Source: a virus. From it: a stretch of 64,000 nt of DNA. Under the pieces are notes generated by a model. That model was not told the origin of the DNA. It did not search any database and saw nothing but the letters and a program-made list of their open reading frames with translations. The DNA lies in IMG/VR virus record IMGVR_UViG_3300037524_002016, positions 18,530-82,529 of that record; one strand, given 5' to 3'. Position numbers and translations under genes: made by a program. Every line of letters begins with the position of its first letter. Within the stretch, counting starts at the first letter, position 1. Below are positions 8,859-17,301 of the stretch, in pieces.

Positions 8859-11800
8859 AAACTCCCTACCAACAATTCATCCACCGGTCGAAGTATGCCC
8901 GCTGGCTGCCGGAGAAAGGCCGCCGCGAGACCTGGGAAGAAACCGTTTGGCGCTACGTCGACTACTGGTGGAACCGCGGGGTGATCACCCCATCTGAGCG
9001 GCTCGCCTTGTTCACGGCCATCTACAACCTGGAGGTGATGCCGTCGATGCGGGCGCTGATGACTGCTGGCGCAGCATTGGATCGTGATGTAACAGCAGGG
9101 TACAATTGTAGCTTCATAGCGGTAGGCGGTAGCGGCAAAGACATCACAATTGAACACCCCGACCTGGACCAACCCTACATCTTGCATGTGGGGTCGCCGA
9201 TCGACTTCGACGAGATCCTTTATGTGCTGATGTGCGGTACTGGGGTGGGATACTCCGTCGAACGTCAGTACATCAACCGTCTGCCGGTGGTCGGCGACTC
9301 GTTGAACCGCAGCATCTACGCGCCAACCGAGGAAAATTTCCCGGGCGTGCCGGCTGATGAACTGTCGGTTTTCCTGTCCGCAGAGAACCGGATTGTGGTG
9401 GCTGACAGCAAATGCGGGTGGGCTTCCGCGCTACGCATCCTGCTGGTTGAGCTTTATAACGGCAACTTCGACGTCACCTGGGACGTCAGCCAAGTCAGGC
9501 CGGCCGGGGCCAGGCTGAAGACGTTCGGGGGCCGGGCTTCCGGACCGGAACCGCTGCTGCGGCTGTTCGACTACTGCGTGCAGTTGTTCAGGGCCGCGGA
9601 GGGCCGAAGGCTGAATTCCATCGAGTGTCACGGCCTGGTCTGCAAGATTGCTGACATCGTGGTGGTGGGCGGTGTGCGCCGGTCGGCTTTGCTCTCGTTG
9701 AGCAACCTGTCGGACAACCGCATGCGGCATGCCAAGACCGGCAGCTGGTGGATCGAGAACCCGCACTTTTCTCTGGCCAACAACAGCGTGGCTTTCACGG
9801 AGAAGCCCACAGCCGGGGCCTTCATGGCGGAGTGGCTGTCGCTCTACGACAGCAAGAGCGGTGAGCGAGGCATCTTCAACCGGCAGGCAGCCACCAAGTT
9901 GCAGCCGGCGAGAAGGGCGGCCTTAGGGTATAACGAGTGGGGTACAAATCCTTGCTCAGAAATTGTACTAAGGTCACGCCAAAAATGCAATCTCAGCGAG
10001 GTAGTGGTACGACCCAGTGACACCCAAGAGACCCTGTTCTACAAGATCGAAATCGCCGCGATCCTCGGCACCCTGCAGGCCACGCTGACCGACTTCCGCT
10101 ACCTCTCTCCGAAGTGGAAGGAGAACTGCGAAGAAGAACGCCTCCTCGGGGTCAGCTTGACCGGCATCATGGATCACCCGCTGCTGAGCACGGTCAGCGA
10201 AGAGTCCGGGCGCTTGCTCCGAGGACTCCGCGACCATGCGGTGACGATCAACCAACTGTGGGCCGACGCTCTGGAGATCAATCCTGCTACGGCCGTGACC
10301 TGCGTGAAGCCGTCCGGCACGGTTTCGCAACTGGTTGACGCCGCCAGCGGTATCCATCCTCGCTACGCGCCGCACTACATCCGGACCGTGCGGGCCGACA
10401 AGAAGGATCCCCTGGCCCAACTGATGCGGGACCAGGGCGTGCCCTGCGAGGACGACGTCATGCGGCCTGACTCCACCTGGGTGTTCTCTTTCCCGGTGGA
10501 GGCCCCGGCCGGGTCGGTGTTCCGAGATGATCGCTCAGCTTTGGAGCAGTTGGAGTTGTGGAAGCACTATCAACTCAACTTCTGCGAGCACAAACCATCT
10601 TGCTTTTCGGCAAAGACACGTTTCATTACGGACCAAGGTTTGGTGTCGTTTGAGGAGGTATTGGCAGGCAGAGAAACAGCCGAAGTTAAAGTCCTCAACA
10701 AAGTCGGTGAATTCGTGCCGGCCACGGTAAATAGGTTTGGCAGGCAAGAAATATGGGAAATCACGTTAACTTCAGGTAAGAAGTCATTTACCTTGGAGAC
10801 AACGGCCGATCACTTGTGGCCTGTTACTTACCACCATCAGAGGTGGGCAGGCTGGGATGAGAAGCTTTACCAGACTAAAAGTCTGCCGATAGGAAAGCAG
10901 TTTGTCTCGGTATATCAGAAAACCGACTACAACTCCTTTGCTTTAGAGGGGTTTCTACATGGTGTGGTTTTTGGTGACGGCACCGAATACAACAAACACC
11001 GCGCCAACTCACATTGCAGAGTAGACCTATGTGGAGACAAAGGCCCTGACTTAGTTCCGTTCTTTGAAAAGTTTGGGTTAAGTGCCACGACCAACAAAGC
11101 CGGTAACATGCAGAGCGTTTACAGGTTACCGAATCACTGGAAAACGTTGCCAGATATCTTGGAGGAATCCTCTGAATATTTGAGGGGCTTTATCATGGGC
11201 TGGTTCGCGACAGACGGGTATGTCGATAGAAAGGGCGCTGCCTTTTCTATTTCCAGTTCCAGGCGAGAATACCTGGAGTGGTTACAGGCGGCTGCTCCAA
11301 AGGCTGGAATAGGTGTGTCTGTTAACCTTCAACAAGGTGTTTCAGGGGCCACCGCGTATGCAAACGTTAGGAACCCAGAAATAGACCGCACCTTTTACTG
11401 GGTGTGTTTCCTGAAAGAGTCATTATCCAAGGATTTCTTTGTAAGAGCAAAGCACAAAGACAGGTTTACAGTGACAGAGCAGTCTTCCAAGCGTTGGAAG
11501 ATTAGTCAGGTACGGAACACAGGTAGGCTCGAGGAAGTTTTCTGTGTAACTGAACCGGTTGGCCATCACTTTGTGTTGGAAGGAAACATCCTCACACACA
11601 ACTGCACGGTTTACGTGAAGGAACATGAATGGCCCGCAGTCGGCGCCTGGGTCTACGACAACTTCGACATCGTCAGCGGCATCAGCTTCTTGCCGCACTC
11701 CGACCACAGTTACCAGCAGGCGCCCTACCAGGAGGTCGACGAACTGACCTACAAGACAGCCCTGGCCGTGTTCCCCGAGATCGACTGGGATCAACTGCGT

Positions 11801-11869
11801 GAAGAGGACGACCAGACCACAGGGTCACAGGAGTATGCGTGCGTGGGCGGGGCCTGTGAACTCACGTAG
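8840..11869 (+). CDS. nrdJ: Class II (B12-dependent) ribonucleotide reductase containing an intein
   Basis: SKYARW..GRRETWEETV, PSMRAL, YNC, VVVGGVRRSALLSL, GTNPCSEI, CNLSEV, VKPSGTVSQL, C-terminal ACVGGACE; no beta-subunit gene nearby. Confidence 0.93.
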   Translation: MSQDPLKTPYQQFIHRSKYARWLPEKGRRETWEETVWRYVDYWWNRGVITPSERLALFTAIYNLEVMPSMRALMTAGAALDRDVTAGYNCSFIAVGGSGKDITIEHPDLDQPYILHVGSPIDFDEILYVLMCGTGVGYSVERQYINRLPVVGDSLNRSIYAPTEENFPGVPADELSVFLSAENRIVVADSKCGWASALRILLVELYNGNFDVTWDVSQVRPAGARLKTFGGRASGPEPLLRLFDYCVQLFRAAEGRRLNSIECHGLVCKIADIVVVGGVRRSALLSLSNLSDNRMRHAKTGSWWIENPHFSLANNSVAFTEKPTAGAFMAEWLSLYDSKSGERGIFNRQAATKLQPARRAALGYNEWGTNPCSEIVLRSRQKCNLSEVVVRPSDTQETLFYKIEIAAILGTLQATLTDFRYLSPKWKENCEEERLLGVSLTGIMDHPLLSTVSEESGRLLRGLRDHAVTINQLWADALEINPATAVTCVKPSGTVSQLVDAASGIHPRYAPHYIRTVRADKKDPLAQLMRDQGVPCEDDVMRPDSTWVFSFPVEAPAGSVFRDDRSALEQLELWKHYQLNFCEHKPSCFSAKTRFITDQGLVSFEEVLAGRETAEVKVLNKVGEFVPATVNRFGRQEIWEITLTSGKKSFTLETTADHLWPVTYHHQRWAGWDEKLYQTKSLPIGKQFVSVYQKTDYNSFALEGFLHGVVFGDGTEYNKHRANSHCRVDLCGDKGPDLVPFFEKFGLSATTNKAGNMQSVYRLPNHWKTLPDILEESSEYLRGFIMGWFATDGYVDRKGAAFSISSSRREYLEWLQAAAPKAGIGVSVNLQQGVSGATAYANVRNPEIDRTFYWVCFLKESLSKDFFVRAKHKDRFTVTEQSSKRWKISQVRNTGRLEEVFCVTEPVGHHFVLEGNILTHNCTVYVKEHEWPAVGAWVYDNFDIVSGISFLPHSDHSYQQAPYQEVDELTYKTALAVFPEIDWDQLREEDDQTTGSQEYACVGGACELT
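10601..11602 (+). mobile_element. Intein (334 aa) with LAGLIDADG homing endonuclease
   Basis: HKPS/CFSAKTRF...ILTHN/CTVYV junctions; block B TTADHLW; FLHGVVFGDG and FIMGWFATDG motifs; visibly lower GC than the exteins. Confidence 0.95.
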
Positions 11870-12353
11870 ATCCGGCGCCCAAGCCAACACCGGCGAAGCG
11901 CTCCAGGTCAAGATCCAGGACGCCGGGAAACTCCTCACCGAGGACCATCCCGGCTTCATGGACCGCATCTACGACAGCAAGTCGGCCCGGGGTTTCATCC
12001 CGGAACGCCCGGGCGACTTCTACCTGCTGCTCTACGGCCGGTCTTTTCTGATCGAGGCCAAATCCAGTCTGGTTCACGCCAGCCTGGCGAAGGCCTCGCT
12101 CAAGAGTCTGATCAAGCCTCATCAGATTACCTCCTCCCGACTCTGGACCCGGGCCGGAGGCATCTCCGTGTTCGTCTTTCATCACCTGACGGCCAAGGAG
12201 GTGGAAATCTGGGCCGGGCCCCAGGTCGTGCAGGCGTACCTCCAGAAGAAGGTGAAACTGACCGAGCCCTGGCACCGCTGCCCCTACACCGCCGCCGGCA
12301 TCGCCGGCGGATTCCTGCATCTCATTCAACACGAGAACGACCATGTCCGATAA
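11856..12353 (+). CDS. PD-(D/E)XK nuclease, probable Holliday junction resolvase (RecU-like)
   Basis: PGDFYLLLYGRSFLIEAKS...IKPHQ; start codon uncertain. Confidence 0.65.
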   Translation: MNSRRSGAQANTGEALQVKIQDAGKLLTEDHPGFMDRIYDSKSARGFIPERPGDFYLLLYGRSFLIEAKSSLVHASLAKASLKSLIKPHQITSSRLWTRAGGISVFVFHHLTAKEVEIWAGPQVVQAYLQKKVKLTEPWHRCPYTAAGIAGGFLHLIQHENDHVR

Positions 12354-12660
12354 CACCGAAATCCGTGTCCTCTACCCCCCCGATCACACCAGCGGCAACG
12401 CCGCCCGTTTCAATGCAGACCTGACCCAGGAGGCGGCCATCGTCGTCGGCACCCAGGGCAGCGGGGCCCTGGCCAATGCCAAGAAACTGGGCCGCCTCCT
12501 GGGCTACCGGGTGGTGTTCAACTTCTGGTGCTCGAGCAGCGAAATCCCCCGCGGGGTCCTGGCCGTGTGCGAACCCAACTTCGACTGGGCGGCACGGAGC
12601 CGGGACGTCAAAGTCATCGATTTCGCGGAACTTAAAGACCAACTGGCGGAGGCAGCATGA
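12343..12660 (+). CDS. Hypothetical protein
   Basis: Coupled ORF with phage-like codon use. Confidence 0.65.
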   Translation: MSDNTEIRVLYPPDHTSGNAARFNADLTQEAAIVVGTQGSGALANAKKLGRLLGYRVVFNFWCSSSEIPRGVLAVCEPNFDWAARSRDVKVIDFAELKDQLAEAA

Positions 12661-13076
12661 ACGAAGAAACCACGATCTACTTCCTGCAGAAAGAAGGCGT
12701 CTACAGTCACGGCATTTTTTGGATTGGGTTCGACCTGGAGGAAGGCAAACACCAAGCCGACCGAGCGGCGGCCCGAGATGAGGATGACCACCATGGCTGG
12801 GTCTTGTATCGCTATGTGGCCCCAGGTCAGGACGCCGAGTACTGGGAATACCCAGGCAGTGTCGCGGACTCCCACGAACGGGTTTACTCGGCAAGTAAAC
12901 ATGCAGCTCCATACCCTTGTCTTTTGATCAGCAAAGACGAAGAAAAAACAATCGAGTACAAGGTGCCGTACAAACTTTACGACACATTGAATCCAAATGA
13001 TGCAGGTACGTATTACGAACGCTCCCATTTTCTGGAAGATAAGGGGGTATGGGTTTACAAGGAGATACCAGAATGA
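12657..13076 (+). CDS. Hypothetical protein
   Basis: ATGA overlaps at both ends, GGAGG RBS; lower GC in 3' half. Confidence 0.65.
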   Translation: MNEETTIYFLQKEGVYSHGIFWIGFDLEEGKHQADRAAARDEDDHHGWVLYRYVAPGQDAEYWEYPGSVADSHERVYSASKHAAPYPCLLISKDEEKTIEYKVPYKLYDTLNPNDAGTYYERSHFLEDKGVWVYKEIPE

Positions 13077-14161
13077 GTGCAGACCTGACCATCATCGGCG
13101 ACATCCACCTCGGGGTGGAGCGCGTTTCCCACACGACGCCGGTGGGCCGGGAGCGTCTTCGTCAAAAAATCTTCGACCGGGCCGCAGACATTGTTCGCCG
13201 AGCCGACGGCTACGTGGTTCAGGCTGGCGATTTATTTGACAAGACCCGCAACGATGACAAGACTTTGTTCCAAGGCTACTCGATCGTCAGCCAAGTGCCG
13301 GTCGTGCTGGCAGGCAACCACGACGTGGCGAACCGGGCTAATGGTCTTTCCAGTCTGCAGATGGTCGACGCAATGCTGCCGGATGGGCCTGTTGATCTAC
13401 CTGACTACAACGACCCGTCGCCGATCTTTCACGACTCCTATCCTGCAACCGCCCTTTTCACCTGCCCTTATCAGCCCACCCAAGAGGCTTTCGTGCGAGC
13501 TTTAGACTCGGCGCTGGTCTCTGGTCGGGAAAGCCGCAGTGCGGATCGGTTCGACGGGATAGAAAGTGTTTTCGTTCTTGTTCTTCACTGCAACTACGAC
13601 CTCACCTTCGCCAAGGACGACCCCCTCACCAACAACCTGTCGCCGGAGAAAGCCGAGGAACTCCTGGAGGTCTTCGACTACATCTTCTGCGGCCACGAGC
13701 ACAACCCCCGGGTTCTCCACAACGGCCGGCTGATCATGACGGGCTCTATCATGCCGCTGAGCTTTGCCGAGATGACGGACAAGTTCATTTGGCGTGTCGA
13801 GAACGGCAAAGTCACCTACGAACTCATCTGGTCCGTCGACCGACACTACCGGTGCCTCGACGCAGTCGAGGCACCGGACGTTTTGGCTGCCGAACTGGAG
13901 TTCATCAAGGTCACCGGCACCGTCTCGGCCTCCGAGTACGCCGATCTCCTCCGCAAGGTCCAGACCTGGTGGCAGGAGAGCCCCAACCTTCTGGCCGTCA
14001 ACATCAGCGAAGTCGAAGTTGAAGGCCTCGTCACCTCCGGAGGAGGTGACGAAATCTTTAAACCCATGGCGGTCCGGCCCCTGGCAGAGAGCATGGAAGC
14101 CTTGCTGCAAGACTCGGGACTCCTGGAACTGTGGCGACAGATTTATGCGGAGATGACCTGA
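13073..14161 (+). CDS. sbcD: SbcD/Mre11-like metallophosphoesterase nuclease
   Basis: GDIHLG, AGDLFD, AGNHD, GHEH motifs; adjacent to an SbcC-like gene. Confidence 0.9.
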   Translation: MSADLTIIGDIHLGVERVSHTTPVGRERLRQKIFDRAADIVRRADGYVVQAGDLFDKTRNDDKTLFQGYSIVSQVPVVLAGNHDVANRANGLSSLQMVDAMLPDGPVDLPDYNDPSPIFHDSYPATALFTCPYQPTQEAFVRALDSALVSGRESRSADRFDGIESVFVLVLHCNYDLTFAKDDPLTNNLSPEKAEELLEVFDYIFCGHEHNPRVLHNGRLIMTGSIMPLSFAEMTDKFIWRVENGKVTYELIWSVDRHYRCLDAVEAPDVLAAELEFIKVTGTVSASEYADLLRKVQTWWQESPNLLAVNISEVEVEGLVTSGGGDEIFKPMAVRPLAESMEALLQDSGLLELWRQIYAEMT

Positions 14162-16293
14162 TGCTTTACCTTGACAGACTGAGTCTGAAGGACTTTAGAA
14201 AGCACAGCGACCTGTCCGTGGACTTCACGGCCGGCCTCAACGTCATCGCCGGCCCCAACTGGGTCGGCAAGACCACCCTTAAGTACGCCATCCTGTTCGC
14301 CCTCTACGGGGCCAAGGAGGTGCCCGGCGGCAAGGCCGGTATCGTGCCCCGGCAGAAGCCTGAAGCGAAGCCCAAGGTCACCCTGGGCTTTGGGCCGTAC
14401 CGGCTGGAGCGGACCCTCTCATCGGCAACGCTCTATCGGGACGGCGAGCCCATTGCCAGGGGCGCATCCGAGGTCACGGCCCTGGTCGACGAACTTCTGG
14501 AACTGCCCAAGGCCACCTTCCTCGACATGCGGGTGAGCTACCAGGGCGAGGCGGCGGCGCTTCTTTCGATGACGGGGACCGAACTCAAGCAACTAGTCGA
14601 GCGCCTGGCCGGCGTCGACACCATCGACCGCGCGCTGCAGCGGATTGCCGATCGGACCAAGATTGTGCGGGGCCGTCTTGACGTGCTTCGGCCTCAAGTG
14701 GAACAAGGCCAGCGGGAGGTCGCCGAAGCGACCTCCCGTAAGACTGAGCTTGCCGGCGAACTGGCGGCCTTGACCGAACAGACCGGCGTCCTCGCCTGCG
14801 AGATCGAGCAGCAGGAGGCCGAGCAGAAAAGGCTGGCGGCCGAGGTGAATACGGCGGAACGACGGCACCGGGAATTCGTGCGGGCTGAGGCCAAGCGCGA
14901 GACTTTGTCTGCCCAGTGCGAATCCATTGAAAATCGCCTGGTGATCGAGGAGGACCAACTCCAAAATTTCTGTAACGAAATAGGAGGTGGTCTGAGTTGG
15001 TGTGATGAGCGGATCGCTGAGCTTGAGGCCATTCTGGACGCGAGTGCACGGGTGTCCATGAAAAGGGAGCGTCTGCGGGGCCAACTGGAGAGCACCCAGC
15101 GGGCTTTGGACACTGCCAACACAGAGTTGCAAGCCCTAGTGGTGCCAGAGGACCCATCCGAGGTGTTGAAGGCGGCCCAGGACCGGCACCTGTTGGCAGG
15201 TAGTCTGGCCAGCAACTGCGCCGACCGTCGAAAACAACTGCTAACCAGTCTGGAGCAGGCCGTGTGCCGCACCTGCCTGCGGCCTTTCGATGTCGGCGAG
15301 ACCGAGAAAGTGAAAGCTGAACTGGCGGGTGTTGAGGTCCAACTCAAAGGCTACGACGAGACTTACTCTGCTGCCTCAGAGGACCTGGACCAAGCTCGAA
15401 GGGCCCAAGAGTCTTATCAGCTAGCCGTGTACCGCCGCCTTCAACTGCGGAACCGGATCGAGGACCTGCAGCGGGATGTGAGCACCTACCAGGGGTCGCT
15501 TGCCGAAATGGGCCCGGCCCTCGACCCGTCAGTGATTGAACAACATCGGGCCAACCTCACCGAATTGCGTCGCGTCAAGGGCGAAGCCGAGCGCCTGACT
15601 CGCTCCTGCCGGCAACTGACCCAGGATCTCGCCGGGCTCCGAAAGGAACTGGAGGCCCTGGAAGGGATCACGGACGTTGATCCGGAGCCTCTCAAGCTTC
15701 GACTGAACACGATGACTGCGGAGCTTGGCGAAGCCAAGCTCCGCTTACAGCGGGCTCAGACTGACCTGGAGAACCGACGTGCCGAGTGGAACCGCCTCAC
15801 CAAGCTGATCCTGGACCAGGCCGAGAAGAAGGCCCAACTGGACCGGGAGATCAACCTGGAGGCCGATCTGGGGCGCCTGTCCAAACTGGTCAAGCAGAAC
15901 CGGGACAAGTTCCTGGGCGACGTCTGGGAAGGTTTGCTCGGCACGGCCTCGCAGTTCGTGACCACCTGCACGGCTGGCGGGATCGAGCGGATAGGCAAAG
16001 GGGAAAACTTCGACCTCTACTTCGTCGAGGAAGGCTACGCCATGCCCCTGGTCAGCGCCTCCGGGGCCCAACGCAGCATCATTGGACTGGGATTGCGGGT
16101 GGCCGTGGGCCGTCTGCAACCCTGTCAAGCTGGATTCATCCTATTGGATGAAGTCACCGCCGACATGTCACCCGCCGTGTCGGCCCTGACGGAGGCGGCC
16201 TTGAGGGCAGCCTACCCGCAGGTGGTATCCATCACCCACCGGGAGATGGACCAAGTGTTGGCGGACAACCTGATCGTGTTGGGCGCGACCTAG
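14161..16293 (+). CDS. sbcC: SbcC/Rad50-like ABC ATPase
   Basis: Walker A GPNWVGKT, long coiled coil with CRTC zinc hook, signature ASGAQ, Walker B ILLDEV, SITH. Confidence 0.92.
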   Translation: MLYLDRLSLKDFRKHSDLSVDFTAGLNVIAGPNWVGKTTLKYAILFALYGAKEVPGGKAGIVPRQKPEAKPKVTLGFGPYRLERTLSSATLYRDGEPIARGASEVTALVDELLELPKATFLDMRVSYQGEAAALLSMTGTELKQLVERLAGVDTIDRALQRIADRTKIVRGRLDVLRPQVEQGQREVAEATSRKTELAGELAALTEQTGVLACEIEQQEAEQKRLAAEVNTAERRHREFVRAEAKRETLSAQCESIENRLVIEEDQLQNFCNEIGGGLSWCDERIAELEAILDASARVSMKRERLRGQLESTQRALDTANTELQALVVPEDPSEVLKAAQDRHLLAGSLASNCADRRKQLLTSLEQAVCRTCLRPFDVGETEKVKAELAGVEVQLKGYDETYSAASEDLDQARRAQESYQLAVYRRLQLRNRIEDLQRDVSTYQGSLAEMGPALDPSVIEQHRANLTELRRVKGEAERLTRSCRQLTQDLAGLRKELEALEGITDVDPEPLKLRLNTMTAELGEAKLRLQRAQTDLENRRAEWNRLTKLILDQAEKKAQLDREINLEADLGRLSKLVKQNRDKFLGDVWEGLLGTASQFVTTCTAGGIERIGKGENFDLYFVEEGYAMPLVSASGAQRSIIGLGLRVAVGRLQPCQAGFILLDEVTADMSPAVSALTEAALRAAYPQVVSITHREMDQVLADNLIVLGAT

Positions 16294-16907
16294 TCGAGGC
16301 TATCCCCACCTGGCCACCCGCTCGTGATGTCGACGGCCTCGGGATTGTCCGAGGCCTCGATGAGCGCAGCCAGTTCCTCCTCCCGATCGAAGCAGGCCTG
16401 GACGTGGTCAACTACCGCGGCCAGGGCCTGTCGGACCTTGGCCTTGTTCAGGGTGACCCAGCCGTCCTGGGCTTTCCAACGGAACTCTTTGTTGGCGGCG
16501 ACATCGGCGGCGTTGAACAGGGACTGCAGGTTTGACCTGGAGGTTCTGTCCGTTTGAAAACGAACACCTTCGCGGTTGATGCCTTTGGTCTCGTGCGAGA
16601 AGCGCCTGGAGGCCAGTTCCTTCAGGCGTTTTTCTTTGCGTTCGGCCAGAGTCGGAGGGGCAGGTGGAGTGTCCGTTCCAACCAGGAAAGCAGGCGGCAC
16701 CGGCAGCAGAGGCTGTCCCGACTTGGACCAGTCCCGCAGTTGCTGGCGATATTCCAGCAGCCGAGCGTACTCGGTGCCGGACAAGGTGGTCGGTGTGCCG
16801 GTCTCCAATTGGTCCCGATGTCGGGTGACCCACCAGTCCGTGGCCGTCAGCCGTTGGCGGGCGCTTTCCTGTAGACGGGCAGGGGTGGCCAGCAAATCAA
16901 TGCGCAT
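16290..16907 (-). CDS. Tail assembly chaperone-like domain fused to a DUF4376-like domain
   Basis: RLTATDW.V.RHRDQ...YRQQLRDW followed by ETKGI...FQTDRTSR...WK..DGWVTL...HVQACFDRE. Confidence 0.75.
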   Translation of the reverse strand: MRIDLLATPARLQESARQRLTATDWWVTRHRDQLETGTPTTLSGTEYARLLEYRQQLRDWSKSGQPLLPVPPAFLVGTDTPPAPPTLAERKEKRLKELASRRFSHETKGINREGVRFQTDRTSRSNLQSLFNAADVAANKEFRWKAQDGWVTLNKAKVRQALAAVVDHVQACFDREEELAALIEASDNPEAVDITSGWPGGDSLD

Positions 16908-17301
16908 GGAACTGGTGCTCCCAGGTACGGTACGGCCAAAGATCGACTCGAATCCGGTAAAGACCCTCGGCTCCGGCAGTCAATTCCAGGGGACCCCCAT
17001 CGGTCGTGAATTCGGCCGGTGCAGGCCCCCAGATGGTGACCTTGGCGCCCGCAGGGACACCGGTTATCGTCAGAACGTCGGCGCCATCTGCGGTAAGTGA
17101 AGTCTTGTCGGCCGATATCGATAAGGTGGGTCGAGGGACGGCTGTCAAGGACTCCAGATCGATTTGATATTCCCGACCATCGTAGAGGCCGTCAATTCTT
17201 TTGTAGTTGGGATAGACGGTATCCAAGGCATCCAGGGCGCCTGTTGTATGCCAACCAATAATGAGGCCGGTGGCTGGATCATAGTAAGTGACATTGTTCA
17301 T
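16897..17301 (-). CDS. Small tail-associated protein
   Basis: Coupled downstream of the tail tip gene; YYDPATGLI N-terminus and Ig-like C-terminus. Confidence 0.6.
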   Translation of the reverse strand: MNNVTYYDPATGLIIGWHTTGALDALDTVYPNYKRIDGLYDGREYQIDLESLTAVPRPTLSISADKTSLTADGADVLTITGVPAGAKVTIWGPAPAEFTTDGGPLELTAGAEGLYRIRVDLWPYRTWEHQFHAH

